Program-made: the position numbers and the translations under genes
In this document: positions 42,413-55,720 of the stretch, piece by piece
Layout of the letters: the number at the start of each line of letters is the position of its first letter
How positions within the stretch are numbered: position 1 is the stretch's first letter
Notes under the pieces: model-generated
Seen by the model: only the letters and a program-made list of their open reading frames with translations
What the model was told of the DNA's origin: nothing
Database searches by the model: none
Assembly (NCBI GenBank): GCA_951406725.2
Contig: OX597817.1
Span: forward strand, 85,746,001-85,810,000
Length of the DNA: 64,000 nt
DNA from: Octopus vulgaris
Lineage: Eukaryota
Reading direction: 5' to 3'

Positions 42413-43511
42413 TACTTCTACCCAGAATTCTTAACAAGGTTCTTTCACCTTCTGTCAGCTAAATCCACTCCTAAGGTTTTGGTTGGCTGAGGGCTGCAGT
42501 AGAAGATGTATGCCCACAGCAGGATTGAACTCAAACCACATAGTTGGGAATCAGCTAAGCCTAGGCCTATATATATATATATATATAGTATAAAATATGA
42601 ATAAATATTTTATATCCTATAAGTAAAAATAAATTTGAATTATCTAATTATCACAAATATGGACAATCATGCAAAAAGGAGCTAAGCATCTTAAAGCCCT
42701 CACCAATCTCAATCCTGGGCAAATGTTCTCTTCCTGCCTCAGATGTTGAGTTACTGACAAATCCTCCCACATCAATGAAGGATACTCAGTGTTTGTCACT
42801 GTACATTGGAAATAACCAATAAATCTCATTCAAGTCACACCCAACCTTCTTCTAAAAGAAAGGACACATAAGATAACGTTGTCCAAAATATTATGTCAGA
42901 AGTAAAAGTAGCAATTTCACAACTGGAACACCTTTGAAAGTACATCTGTTTAGCTAGTACTGATCTAAGACTAAATAGCAATGCTTAATAAAATTATATA
43001 TCATTTGTTAAAATTGATTAATTAAAAGAGTATGCAGAAACAATTAAAGAATGATCAATCTTCTCTAAAAGATTTGGAGTCAAATTATAGCAGCTTGGAA
43101 TATATGAATTGTTGCAAAATCATGGTGCCTGAAGACAGTCAGGGATTATATCAGTGAAAATATCATATAATTAGATGGACCAACCAAGACATACTTCAAC
43201 TCAACAATATTGTTTTCTTAATTTTCTCTTTTGTTTTAAGCTTTTTAACAAAAATTATTATCTTCTTGATGAAAGACTTCATAATGTTAAAGAATTATTT
43301 TATAAATATTAAAATAAATATGAAATGTTTTACTGTCTAATCTTTCCATTTGTTAGATGATTGCTCTAAAAAATACTTATTCCTCTGTTCTTCATTGATA
43401 GAACTGCAGCTTTTCGGTAACCTTCTTTTCCAAAACTAAAAATATGATAATTAGTAATGGTGAGAAAATTTAATTATTTAGCTGTTGTTTTTCTTTTTCT
43501 TTTCCTTTCAG

Positions 43512-44585
43512 AATCAGTGCCAAGATTCAGAAACCCAAGCTGATTTCGTTACAGATGATAAAGTTAATGATCTACTAGCCAAAAATGAATGCTTGCACTT
43601 TCAAATTGAACAGTTATCTTTTCAATTAAGTAAAGTTTATAATCGATTTATGAGGAAAGACTCTGATGAGAGTATTGACAGTGGGCAAGACAGTCAGTTA
43701 TCTCCAATACAGCAACAAAATGACTTACTAACACTGGAACTTGAACAACTCAAACAAGATTACCTGCTTCTGCAAAAAGAACACCAAGACCTAGTCAATG
43801 CTGGGGACATACTGCAAGAGGATTATGAGAAACTCCTTGAAGAACGGGATAAAATGCAAGAAGTCCTTGAAAAGGTAACTAACACCAAATGGGTAGCCCA
43901 AAATGAAATAGCTGCCTTGGAAACAAAGAATGTTATTCAAGAAATCCCTGAAACTATTAATCCTAATTTTGAGAACTGGGAGCAAGGCAAGCAAAATATA
44001 ATAAACAAGCATTCAGACACTGATTTAAGAACGAGTCAACAGAGGAATCCAGAAACAGAGGATGTGATAGAAGAAGATGGGTTAAAAAGAAGTATTCAAC
44101 TGAACAGCTGCTCAGAAGTTCTACAAGACCAAAGTATAATATTGAATCATTTGCAGACACTGAGGGATGAAAACAAAAAATTATTCCTGGAGAAAGAGAA
44201 TGTTATTGAAGACCTTGAAATATCATTCAATGAAAACAGTGAGCTAAAACAAAAATTAAATGCAGCAATTGAAAACTATAGCTTGTTAGAGAAAAATTAT
44301 ACATCATTGTTGCTTGAAAAACAAAATGTGGCTGCTAAAGATATTAGTGGCCTTGATAGCAAGAATATTAATGACAGCAGCATTCGACTACACTCTAATC
44401 AACAAGAACAACTTCAATTATACCCCTCCCAGCCAAATGAAAGGTCTATTCAAACTACAGATGATAACAACATTCAACAGACACTTCCAAACAATAGTTC
44501 AGAGAAGGAACAGATTGATATACAGAAATCAAATCAGATCGAATTACTGAAGGTCCTTATATCACAACTTCAGCAAGAGTTAATA
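43512..44585 (+). CDS. UACA/RAI14/ANKRD24-like gene, large coiled-coil exon (358 codons)
   Basis: Longest ORF in the window; ttttcctttcag acceptor, ATA|gtaagt donor, phase 0/0; heptad-rich E/Q/L/K sequence. Confidence 0.93.
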
Positions 44586-45973
44586 GTAAGTAACAATTTG
44601 ATATTATTAAAAACGAAAATGTTCACCGTACATACATACCCATAATTATTTAAATACCTAAGTGAATAAATCACTTCAAGTGCTTAGCTTGCACAATTGA
44701 AACATACTGGAAACATAGGAAGGCTGAAGTACCACTCCTAGAATAGGGCTCTAGACAGTCCCTTATAATACCAGGTCTATAATTGTGTATGCCTTTCAAA
44801 ATTTGCATTGCTCAGCCAGGAACAGGGTCATGTTACTCATGATGCCAAAAAGCAATATAACACCCCATCTGACCTTCCATGTGGCTTATGTAGCAAAGTA
44901 TGCTGTTAAATGGTTGAGTTAAAATGCCATCTCAAAGCATGCCACCCAAATAGACTAAGATCCATTAGAATAGATCAAATGTCCAACTTGCAGTATGAGT
45001 TGGAGGTGAATGATTGTTTAGACTATGAGCTGTCTCAGAAGTGACCAGTGACAAGTAAACTTATACTAAGATGGATGGTCAATGTGCAGGAAGTGGCTGC
45101 ACTTGGACAGTTTGACTTCAACTATATAGATGTGTATGTATATGTGTGTATGTGCTTTTGTTCAATCAGATAATGGCCCTTACAAGAAGAATAAACAAAT
45201 ATATCTTGCTATACTTTACATTAATGAGTATTATATACTAAAATGCCTTTCTCTCAGTTTTTTAGACAGGTATCTACTTATGTAATTATGTTCCAATCTG
45301 TCAAGCATCTTACCCATTACAGAAACCACTACTCCACTTTCTTATTGCAATGACCTCTGACAAGTCAGCCAATTTCAAATGATGGCCTTTTTCATTTTCT
45401 TCTCCTTTCCTTATTCTTTTCTTCCAGTTAAGTATTCTAGTGTAATCATTAATACTTACCTCTTCGTCCTTCCATACCCATTTCTTTCACACTTGAGTAT
45501 TCTGTAGAGTACTGATCAGAATTGGTTATTGAATGCTATTCGCCCCTGACCCCACTTCCACCTTACATATACATGGTAGAAAAGAGTAGTCAATACATTT
45601 TGTAAAGTATATATTTCTTTATATCAGCTAACACAGGATTGCATTACTTCAAGTTTCTCAAAAATTACCAGAAAACAGCACTCTGAATTATTCATGGTTT
45701 TGGTACTGACTTGGAATGCAATTCTTAGATAAATTTTAATACAAATACAATCATGCATGCGTGTGTGTGTGTGTATGTGTGCATGAGTAGAGAGAGAGAG
45801 TGAGAGTTGCAGTGGGTGGCGGTGGACCTAAATATATTTATATACTTGAAGCATGTATAATTTTGCTCCGATTCAGAGTGCGATGTATGTATGTATTCTC
45901 AATATGACTCAGTTAAGTTGATAATACATAATTATGTAGCATAACAGAGCATAACAAGGCATTTATGTATAAG

Positions 45974-46014
<41 letters not shown>

Positions 46015-46060
46015 CATGAATGAGTGGACAAATGAAAGGACACTCGACACATTTATAATA

Positions 46061-46460
46061 TATATAATATATTGTTAATAATATCAGGAAATCAATATCA
46101 AAAAATTCTTCAGGAAGATATATACATGTATAGAATAATTGTTGTATTAAAAATATAACTATATATAATTATATGTAAATATGTATAAATATATAATAAT
46201 AAAAGTTTAAAAGTTTTGAATTAAGATTTTAAAGCATCTTATGATCGTTTCGCAGAAGTGTTGTTCCTATAATGGAATCCTAAATTTGATAAGCATTTAT
46301 AGACAACATTTCTGCTCCTCAGAGGTATAAAATGTGAAATTTGTATAATCTATCAAATGGTTTTTTTATCAAAAATATAAATATATTCTACACATGTATA
46401 TATCTTCCTGAAGAATTTTCTGATATTGATTTCCTGATATTATTAACAATACATTATATA
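46061..46460. mobile_element. Probable Penelope-like terminal-repeat fragment: 77-bp inverted arms enclosing a hammerhead-like motif
   Basis: 46061-46137 vs 46384-46460 inverted; lies next to a (TA)n tract. Confidence 0.65.
46234..46329 (-). ncRNA. Type I hammerhead-like ribozyme motif with long stem II
   Basis: Minus strand: acct-CTGAGGA-gcagaaatgttgt...acaacacttctgc-GAAA-cgatc-ATA-agat; stem II pairs 12/13. Confidence 0.6.
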
Positions 46461-46834
46461 GTATATATAATCGCTCATATTAAATGTATAAATACTTTAA
46501 TAGTATTAATACTATGATACAATAGAGCACTCAATGTAAATTCTATATATAATATTCTCATTGAATATATTTAACTAAAGATTTATAGATTTATATATAT
46601 ATATATATATGTATATATATGCAAATATATATATATGCACACACACATACATACATACATGCATGCATACATACAGACACACACACACACAAACACATGT
46701 ATATGTGAGTGCATAGCTGCAAAACAAGGTGAATAAAGTAAATACATTCATATACCAAAGGTAAACTATATTTTTTTTTTCTTGTAATTGATCATTAAAC
46801 AAAAGTTAACTTTTGGAACAATGCAATGGTTTAC

Positions 46835-47473
46835 AAATATTTCTAAATATCTGTAAACCAGCTGACAGAAGGTGAAAGAACCTTGTTAAGAATTCCGGGT
46901 AGAAGTAGGTGTACACCAAGGCTCAGTCCCCCTTTATTCATCATAGTCCTCCAGGCAATAACAGAGGAATTCAAAACAGGATGCCCCTGGGAGCTCCTCT
47001 GTGCTGATGACCTGGCTCTCATAGCAGAATCACTACTGGAACTAGAAAAGAAATTTATATAGTATAAAATATGAATAAATATTTTATATCCTATAAGTAA
47101 AAATAAATTTGAATTATCTAATTATCACAAATATGGACAATCATGCAAAAAGGAGCTAAGCATCTTAAAGCCCTCACCAATCTCAATCCTGGGCAAATGT
47201 TCTCTTCCTGCCTCAGATGTTGAGTTACTGACAAATCCTCCCACATCAATGAAGGATACTCAGTGTTTGTCACTGTACATTGGAAATAACCAATAAATCT
47301 CATTCAAGTTACACCCAACCTTCTTCTAAAAGAAAGGACACATAAGATAACGTTGTCCAAAATATTATGTCAGAAGTAAAAGTAGCAATTTCACAACTGG
47401 AACACCTTTGAAAGTACATCTGTTTAGCTAGTACTGATCTAAGACTAAAATATTTCTAAATATCTGTAAACCA
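46835..47473. other. Composite locally templated insertion with 26-bp target-site duplication
   Basis: TSD AAATATTTCTAAATATCTGTAAACCA at 46835-46860 and 47448-47473. 46860-47056 is the reverse complement of 41001-41151 joined to 42415-42460; 47057-47449 is a direct copy of 42583-42975. Confidence 0.95.
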
Positions 47474-47581
47474 TTGTACTGTTCTAAAACTTCTCTCTGT
47501 TTATTGGTTATGCTTAGAAACTCTGAGTATCAATTTGTTAAGTTTTTTACCATAAAAAAACATTGTATGTGTATATGTTTT

Positions 47582-47625
<44 letters not shown>

Positions 47626-47627
47626 TA

Positions 47628-47782
47628 GGCGCAAGTGTAGTTGTTTGGTAAGAAGCTTGCTTCTCAACCATATGGTTCTGGGTTCAGTCACACTGTGTGG
47701 CACCTTGAGCAAGTGTCTTCTACTATATCCTTAGACCAACCAAATTTTGAGTGGATTTAGTAGACAGAAAATGGAAGAAGCC

Positions 47783-47851
<69 letters not shown>

Positions 47852-48080
47852 ATATTTTTATGTATGTGTCTGTGTTTGTCCTCCCACCATTGCTTGAAAA
47901 CCGATGCTGGTGTGTTTATGTCCCCATAACATAGAGATTCAGCAAAAGAGAACAGTAGAATAAGTACTAGGCTTGCAAAGAATAAGTCCTGGGGTCGATT
48001 TCTCTGACTAACGTTCTTTAAGGCAATGCTCCAGCATGGCTGCAGTCAAATGACTGAAACAAGTAAAAAAATAAAAGAAT
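47628..48080 (+). mobile_element. SINE family A
   Basis: Full-length diverged copy. Confidence 0.85.
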
Positions 48081-48146
48081 ATGTATACACACACACACAC
48101 ATAAACATACACACACATACACAGATACACATATACATACGTGTGT

Positions 48147-48185
<39 letters not shown>

Positions 48186-48209
48186 TGTGTGTGTGTGTGT
48201 TTGTGTGTG

Positions 48210-48241
<32 letters not shown>

Positions 48242-48878
48242 GTTGAAAATCTCCCATAAGTTTTCACCAAAATCACAGGTATTGAACTTTTAATTTCATA
48301 TCAGAATGTGTTCCTCTCAAGTTCCTGTATAAATAAATAAAAAGCTTACAACCCTCTAGAAAAAGAATATTAATTCACATAGGGTGTACAAATTGGCTTG
48401 CTGGTGTTAATCTGAAAGCCATTAAAAAATCCTTAATCCACATTGTTGCAAAAACTTGGGGTTTATCTCCTCCAAATTTCATTCCACAGCAAAATTATAA
48501 ATATTTATTTTTCTTAACCTACATATATTTTGTTAAAAATCTAAGAATTTTGTTTTACCAGTTTTTAAAATGTTCTTGGCATTTGCGTATAAAGTAAGAC
48601 GAATTCAATACAGTTATACATTGTTTCTTCTTGGTCTCACAGCAATCAGAGTTAAACGAACACTGACAAGAACCTAATTTAGTGCTGGTTATAATGCTGG
48701 AGGCATTACTAGCTATGGAATATTAGTGACTTCATAAAAAATAGAATCTTTAATTTGTATACATTTGCACAAATGCAACACTGATTGAAGTGGAAATGTG
48801 TGTGTGTGTGTGTGCATTCATGCATGCAAGTATGTGTATATATATTTATGTGTATATATGTACACATATAAATATACA

Positions 48879-48929
<51 letters not shown>

Positions 48930-51192
48930 CATATGTATGTATATGTGTGTGTGTATACATATATACACACACACACACACACCACACACACATACATACA
49001 TACACACAAGGAGGGAGAGAGAGAAAGATGGAGGAAGGAAATGAGAGTGATAAAAATATAAATTAGTACTTAAATATTGTAGGTCATTTGGGAGTTCACA
49101 CCCTTAACAGATGCAAATCTAAGATAACCAAGAACTATCATGGTAGGAGTGACCTAAGAGGAATGAAAGCCTGTAAAGGAAATGTGTGTAGACAAGATAG
49201 AGGCAATTTTATAAACATCCAGTCCTTGGATGAGCAGATATAAAAACATTAATGAGGATAATAATTTCTCTCTTTCACACACACACACATGCACATAAAA
49301 CTGGATACTCTCATAGTCAAGTATATCATAATAGATATGCTTTCTTTATTGACATGGGTTGGCCAAGTTGGTAGAAAAAGTAATCCTAAGCTTCCAGCTC
49401 AAGATTACCTCTCAAAGTGCTTTAAAAGCTAAAAATGATACAGTTAAAGACTATGGCAGAAAAACCTTCCTACATTTTACATGGCCAAGAATGAAGAATC
49501 TGGGAGATTTTTGGCTACACTTTGTATTATGTTTAATACCTTTAGTGATTATGCCATAAATAAAAAGATAATGTTCTAGAAAAATTTCCAATAAAGATAT
49601 AAAATATATTTTACATAATATATATTTAAATAGATATTATGACGAATAACAAATAAAATGATGATATTGTTCGGTATTTTACACATCCACAACATATATG
49701 CTAAAAATATTTTCACCTTGTCATTGATTATTACTCACAATTCCTGATCTCTTTAAGCAATTATGAAACAAGTTGTTAATGTAGTTAATACCATTTGTTA
49801 CAGAAGATTTAACAAAATAGATATTTTTACACAGTTTCAATAAACATTTTTGTACACTTTCAATTAACATTTTTTTTTAAATAGCAAGATTTCATATTTT
49901 TACAATTCTATGTAAATAATGTTTTATATAAGATTAGAAATGGTTACTAAATCACCACAAAATTCAACAGTTAGTACCTACTACTACTATAAATACTCTT
50001 GTAAACCACTGATTATATTATTCTACCAATATCTCTCATCTTCAGTGACTCACCTTTCCATTTAATTTACTAAAAATTGTAATCATGAAAACATGAAAAC
50101 AGAGCGGGAATTATAATATGAGAAAGAACTTGAAGCAGCTTCAACAGCTCCTGAAGTTTTACACACCTTTAAGCATTGACTGTTTGCTTTACTCAGTATA
50201 AATCTATTCTTGAATGGACTGGTGGCTCTTATCAGGGACTACTAGCAAACTTTGTTAAACCAAAATAATTTTTAAATAATCTTTTAATATGTTGTTCACA
50301 ATGATGCTTTAACTGCTTAAAATTGGCTTTATTTAATTGACAAAGGATGCCATAGTAGTACACAAGATCATCTCTTGCAAACAATTGACAATAGAATCTG
50401 TTGGGATGTATGTAAGACCTGGTTAGAAATATGTCTTAGATTGTAACTTCAAAAATGTAATGGCTGACGTATAAGAAGATGAATATATTTCCATTCATTC
50501 ACAACCAGCTCCCTTAGGTCTCTATATGAAACAAGCTACTGGAAAACAAAACTTTAACTGTTACTTCAACCATAAATCAGGTTCATGCTTCATAAATACC
50601 AAGAAAGAGTCTCAGTTCTATGACTCTGCCATACAAATAGAAAATAGTGCAGTTACCTTGTGAAGTGGCTTAAGGAGAACTTTTGAATTCTACAAGTCAA
50701 ACTTCTAAATAAGCTTCTTCTTGTGTAACTGCCCCTTGTTGCAGGTTAAAGGCTTTATTTCTATGGGAAATTTTCATTGCATGATCACAATCTACTTTAT
50801 TACTTGTTTCATGAGTAAGAAATAGGAACACATTTCAAAATTCTGTAGATCCCCAAAAGAACTATGAGCAGTTCTAACCTTTTTGAGGTACTTGCCTCTT
50901 GAGGTACTTACCCCTTGTAGACAAAGACTCTCTCATTGACTTAGTCATTCATGGAATTCTTTAAAAGGACATTGGCATGATATTTCTGAATCAATTGTAC
51001 ATAACCTAATATTGCTGAATACAACTACAAGTGTATGATTCAGTTCATTTCAATGGGCCAATCAAGAAATATAGTGAACTAGAATTAAAACTATTTGTGA
51101 ACTAAAGCCAGAATTAAAAGACTGTCCTAATGATCAAATATGTTTCCTCATACTCTATGACTGTTCAACAAGCATTGTTGGTATTCTTTTTC

Positions 51193-51558
51193 AGGAGTGT
51201 CTGTGTGGTAAGTAGCTTGCTTACCACCACATGGTTCCGGGTTCAATCCCACTGTGTAGCACCTTGGGCAAGTGTCTTCTACTATAGCCTCGGGCCAACC
51301 AAAGCCTTGTGAGTGGATTTGGTAGACAGAAACTGAAAGAAGCCCATCATATATGTATATATGTGTTTGTGTGTCTGTGTTTGTCCCCCCAACATTGCTG
51401 GTGTGTTTACGTCCCCGTAACTTAGCGGTTTGGCAAAAGAGACCGATAGAATAAGTACTAGGCTTACAAAGAATAAGTCCTGGGATCAATTTGCTCAACT
51501 AAAGGTGGGGCTCCAGCATGGCCGCAGTCAAAATGACTGAAACAAGTAAAGAGTAAAA
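51193..51558 (+). mobile_element. SINE family A
   Basis: Near full-length copy. Confidence 0.9.
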
Positions 51559-52089
51559 ATATTTGTTTGTTAATATATGAGTTAGTGCCCCACTACCAAC
51601 CAAACTTAGAGATTTGCTCTCTGGCTGAACTAAAAATTAATCCATCAAAAATCTTCTCAAATCAATTTTAAATCTGCATTACAAGTTCCCTTAATCTAAG
51701 TTTATTTATTGGAAATGAGTAGAATTCTCAGAAAAGATATTGTCAAGACAAGTGATCAGCATAATACACTAATACATATCATTAACAATAACAGCAAAAA
51801 GAGATTAGTGTTAGTCTAAAACTATTAACAACTCAATGCTAATCTGCTGCATTGCATTCTATTTCAATGATGAAATATTTCTGTCTTTTTAGATATATAG
51901 TCAATTGTTTGAAATTGAACGTTTTAGTTCCAGTCTTACAAATGGTTTTTAAAGATTTGGAACAAATTATAAAGATTAATGACCTGTTGGGACACTGTAT
52001 TTCATTATGCAACCATGATATTCTACAAAGTATATTAAATGCTTTCATAAGTGAACACTGTGTTCTACTGTGTTAGCAGTGCTATTACA

Positions 52090-52364
52090 TCACTTGTTAA
52101 GGTTATCTACAGATTTTCTATAGACATTATAGCCAACACTGATGATTTTGTTACGACATTTCATATCTGAGTACACCTAATGTAAACAACATTGAGATCG
52201 AAGATGAAAAATGGGTAATAGACTTTGTAGTATACATTACCCATTTTTCATCTTCAATCTCAATGTTGTTTGCATTAGGCATACTGACATACAAAATGTT
52301 GTAACAAAATTAGTGCTGGCTATAATTTCTATAGAAAATCTATAGAGATGACCTTAACAAGTGA
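52090..52364. repeat. Foldback element/long imperfect palindrome, ~130-bp arms
   Basis: TCACTTGTTAAGGT..GAAGATGAAAAATGGGTAAT / ATTACCCATTTTTCATCTTC..ACCTTAACAAGTGA. Confidence 0.85.
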
Positions 52365-53304
52365 AATTATAAAGAGTCTTATTCATGACAACAAGATGAA
52401 AGGCATGTTCACTTATTTAGATAGATGACCCAGTGAATTAGATCTTAACACTCTCACATTTATTTCTGCTTATATACCAGTAGCAATTAATAAACAGCCC
52501 CTGTCTCATATTATGAGTCTGTTTACTTGTTATTCCAACTGGGATCCTTGCTTCTCAGAAAGAATAAGACCTCTAATCATGCTCACTTTCCATTCTTAGA
52601 GGAGGCTGTTATGACAATCAATGAGTTAAAAGCATTCTTGTGCCATTTACCAGTTCTTTTTACATAGCACCAGCACCAGTAGTTTTTACATGACATCAGC
52701 ACCCACATCAATGCTTTTTATGTGGCACCTTGGTTTTAGGATCTCAGTTCCATTGTGGTAGGCAGGTCTTCTCAAGTACAGTAATACACCACATATTTCA
52801 GTCTTCTGTCATCTCCTTTGTAAGGTTCAGTGTTTACGAAACAGATGTATGTATATGTCCTTATTCTTATCTTTTTAGGTTCTATTTCTACATTGTTCTT
52901 TTTTTGCTGCTTTTTTTTTTACTTTTTCCTTTCCTACAGATTTTTCTCTCCCTCTTCCCTCATACTTATTTGTGGCAATTCTGAGAATATAGTAGTAATT
53001 ACCACTGCTTTTATCTGAACATCTTATTTCTCTTTTGGCATATATGTACACCATAAATTCAGACAATTTCTTGACCTGTCAACATGAGTGACCCAGGTGT
53101 TTGTAAGAGATCATATATAGAGGAGAAACTAGACACATTGTCTCAGTGGTTCCTCCCCTTATGTGTTTCTCTGGCAATACTTCAACTTAAAGTTATTTAT
53201 TACTCTGATTTTCATTGTATTTATATCTGGTGGCTATGTACACTGCAATTTTTGTTACTTGTCTCAAAGAAACCATCAGTGCATTTTCATTTAATGTTAC
53301 ATGG

Positions 53305-53722
53305 TGTTAAGGTGGCAAGCTTGCAGAATTGTTAGCATGCTGGGCAAAATGCTTAGCAGCATTCTATCCATCTTTTCATACTGAGTTCAAATTCCACTCG
53401 GATACCTTGGACAAGTGTCTCCTACTGTAGTCTTGGGCCAATCAAAAACTTGTGAGTGGATTTGGTAGATGGAAACTGAAAGAAGCTCGTTGTGTGTGTG
53501 TGTGTGTGTGTATCTGTGTTTGTTCCCCACCACTGCTTAACAATTGGTGTTTGTGTTTTTACATCCCTATGACTTAGCGGTTCAGCATAAGTGACCAATA
53601 GAATAAGTACCAGGCTTAACAATAGAATAATTACTGGAGTCAATTCATTCAACTAAAAATTCTTCAAGGCAGTGCCCCAGCATAGCTGCAGTCTAATGAG
53701 TGAAACAAGCAAAAGATAAAGA
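53305..53722 (+). mobile_element. Chimeric SINE: family D head joined to family A body
   Basis: D-like head to ~53400, then CCTTGGACAAGTGTCT.. family A sequence to the tail. Confidence 0.6.
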
Positions 53723-54675
53723 TAATCCAGCATGTTGATTGATGTAATAACTCCACCAATTATTGAAACAATCATTACTAATTAATAAATATAGTAATGC
53801 CAATTTTATTCTTCTTATCATTTAATTTTGTACTCAGCAATGGCTGTAGTATTCTTATAATTGGTGCATTTACTGGATGTTATTTCATCTCTATACATCC
53901 TGTTAGCTGAGATTTTGCATGGACTGCTGACTAAGATATTTGCCTTAATTTCCTGAATACCCTTGATTTTACAACCAACTCAAGTGTTTTGGGGGTTCAA
54001 GAGACATAACTCTTAATAAATCCCTTGCTCAATTGTCTCCCATGACGTTTCATCTTTCTTTGCAGTACCCACAAACCAGATATGACATTTTTTACCTTCA
54101 ATAACACAGAACAGTCGTTCCATACCTTCCATCTCTGAAGAGCATGTGGAGTTAGTTAACTCATCTGTCATCTAATACCTGGTTATCTAATACCCAATGT
54201 GAAACTGATTGCTGTGATCATCAGCTGAAATGGATCTATAGTACTGTATACTTTGATTTAATATCACTCACATGGCTTTGGTCATCTCAGGACTTATAAT
54301 AGAAGACATCTTCCCAAGGTGACATGCAGTGGAACTGAACCTAAAATCATGTGGTTGGAAAGCAAATGTATTAACCATACAGCTTAAACCTAAGAATTTA
54401 TTTCTTGGCACCATTATTAATTAGAGAAATAAAGTTTAACCAGTAAAAGCAAAACACCAAAAGCCTCGTATGTTTAGAAAATGAGAAATGAGAAGTTGTG
54501 TTGTTCAGCCCTTCCTAATTTCATTAGTGATATAAGTAAACCAAAAACCCAAACCTCAAGTTACTTGGAGAAGAATTCCAACAACTGCATGGGAGGAAAA
54601 GATTGTTGTGTTTATGGATTGGTAGCAGTGAGTAGCAGCAACAGCAGTGATTTTTTTATTTTGGCATCTCTCCAC

Positions 54676-54701
54676 ACAGCAGCAGCAGCAGTAGCAGTAG
54701 C

Positions 54702-54766
<65 letters not shown>

Positions 54767-54770
54767 CAGC

Positions 54771-54816
<46 letters not shown>

Positions 54817-54833
54817 ACAGCAGCAACAGTAGT
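54676..54833. repeat. Compound (GCA)n/(GTA)n microsatellite
   Basis: Direct reading. Confidence 0.95.
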
Positions 54834-55182
54834 TTTCTAATTCATTTATGGCTAAGATTAAATATATTTTTTCATTGAAATATATTTTCATTAATTTTTG
54901 TTTTTTTACTGCCAAAGCGCTAATCACAAAAATGTATCATTATTAAGAATGTAGTATAATGGGTTTAAATTTAAATAATATCTTTACTTTGAACATTTTT
55001 GCTTTCTTTCATGTTCATAAATACTGGTTCTATCACCACTACCCAACTCATCACCCTTGACAAAATGCCAATTTTTTGCAAGGAAATATGCGACTCTCTA
55101 AAATCAAACCTTTGTAAGTTAAACCCTGATAATATTAGAAATCAGAATAGAGATAACCAAAACAATAAACTCCCTAATAGTG

Positions 55183-55720
55183 CAGGCATGGCTGTGTGGT
55201 AAAGAAGTTTGCTTCCTAACCACATGGTTTCAAGTTCAGTCCCACTGCATGGCATCTTGGGCAAATGTCTTCTACTGTAACCTCAGGTCAACCAAAACTT
55301 TGTGAGTTGATTTGGTAGATGGAAACTGAAAGAAGCCAATTGTGTGTGGGGGCGGGGTTTATCCCCACCATTGCTTGACAAATGTTGTTGGTTTGTCTAT
55401 TTATATGCATTTAAGAGTTGAAATAACTGTGAAGATATATATTATGGCTGACTAATCAATGTGTTGGACTAACAACTTTAAGCTGATATTTATCCAGTTT
55501 TCCTTTTGCCAAGAATAAAGTTGAAAACTAGGTAACATTGCAATATCAGAATTGAATAGACAACATTAGCAAGACCATCACATTAGCAGTTCAGCAAAAG
55601 AGACTGATAGAAAAAGTTCCAGACTTTAAAAATAAGTACTGGGATCGATTTGTTTGACTAACCCTTTGAAACAATGCCCCAGCATGACCACAGTACCATG
55701 ACTGAGACAAAGGAGAAAAG
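55183..55720 (+). mobile_element. SINE family A interrupted by a 185-bp insertion
   Basis: SINE 5' part runs to 55397 and resumes TTAGCAGTTCAGCAAAAGAGAC at 55583. Confidence 0.85.
55398..55582 (-). repeat. 185-bp inverted duplicate of 56394-56578
   Basis: No mismatch seen by eye. Confidence 0.95.

Larger units (their letters stand above)
39663..42460 (-). mobile_element. 5'-truncated RTE LINE interrupted by a mariner
   Basis: RT motifs VGVHQGS../PLFIIVLQAITEEFKTGCPWELLYADDLALIA, FRYLGD, YGHVLWM, GRGRLRKTW, (GAT)n tail at 39663. The LINE sequence resumes at 42415-42460. Confidence 0.95.

Noticed and set aside
50100-52080. Possible ancient hAT transposase on the minus strand (BED-like and LKPLHKVT-like fragments)
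   Set aside because: Too degenerate to support by eye; it needs a tBLASTn or HMM search.
54481-54927. Poly-Ala/Val and poly-Cys/Tyr ORFs
   Set aside because: Trinucleotide microsatellite translations.
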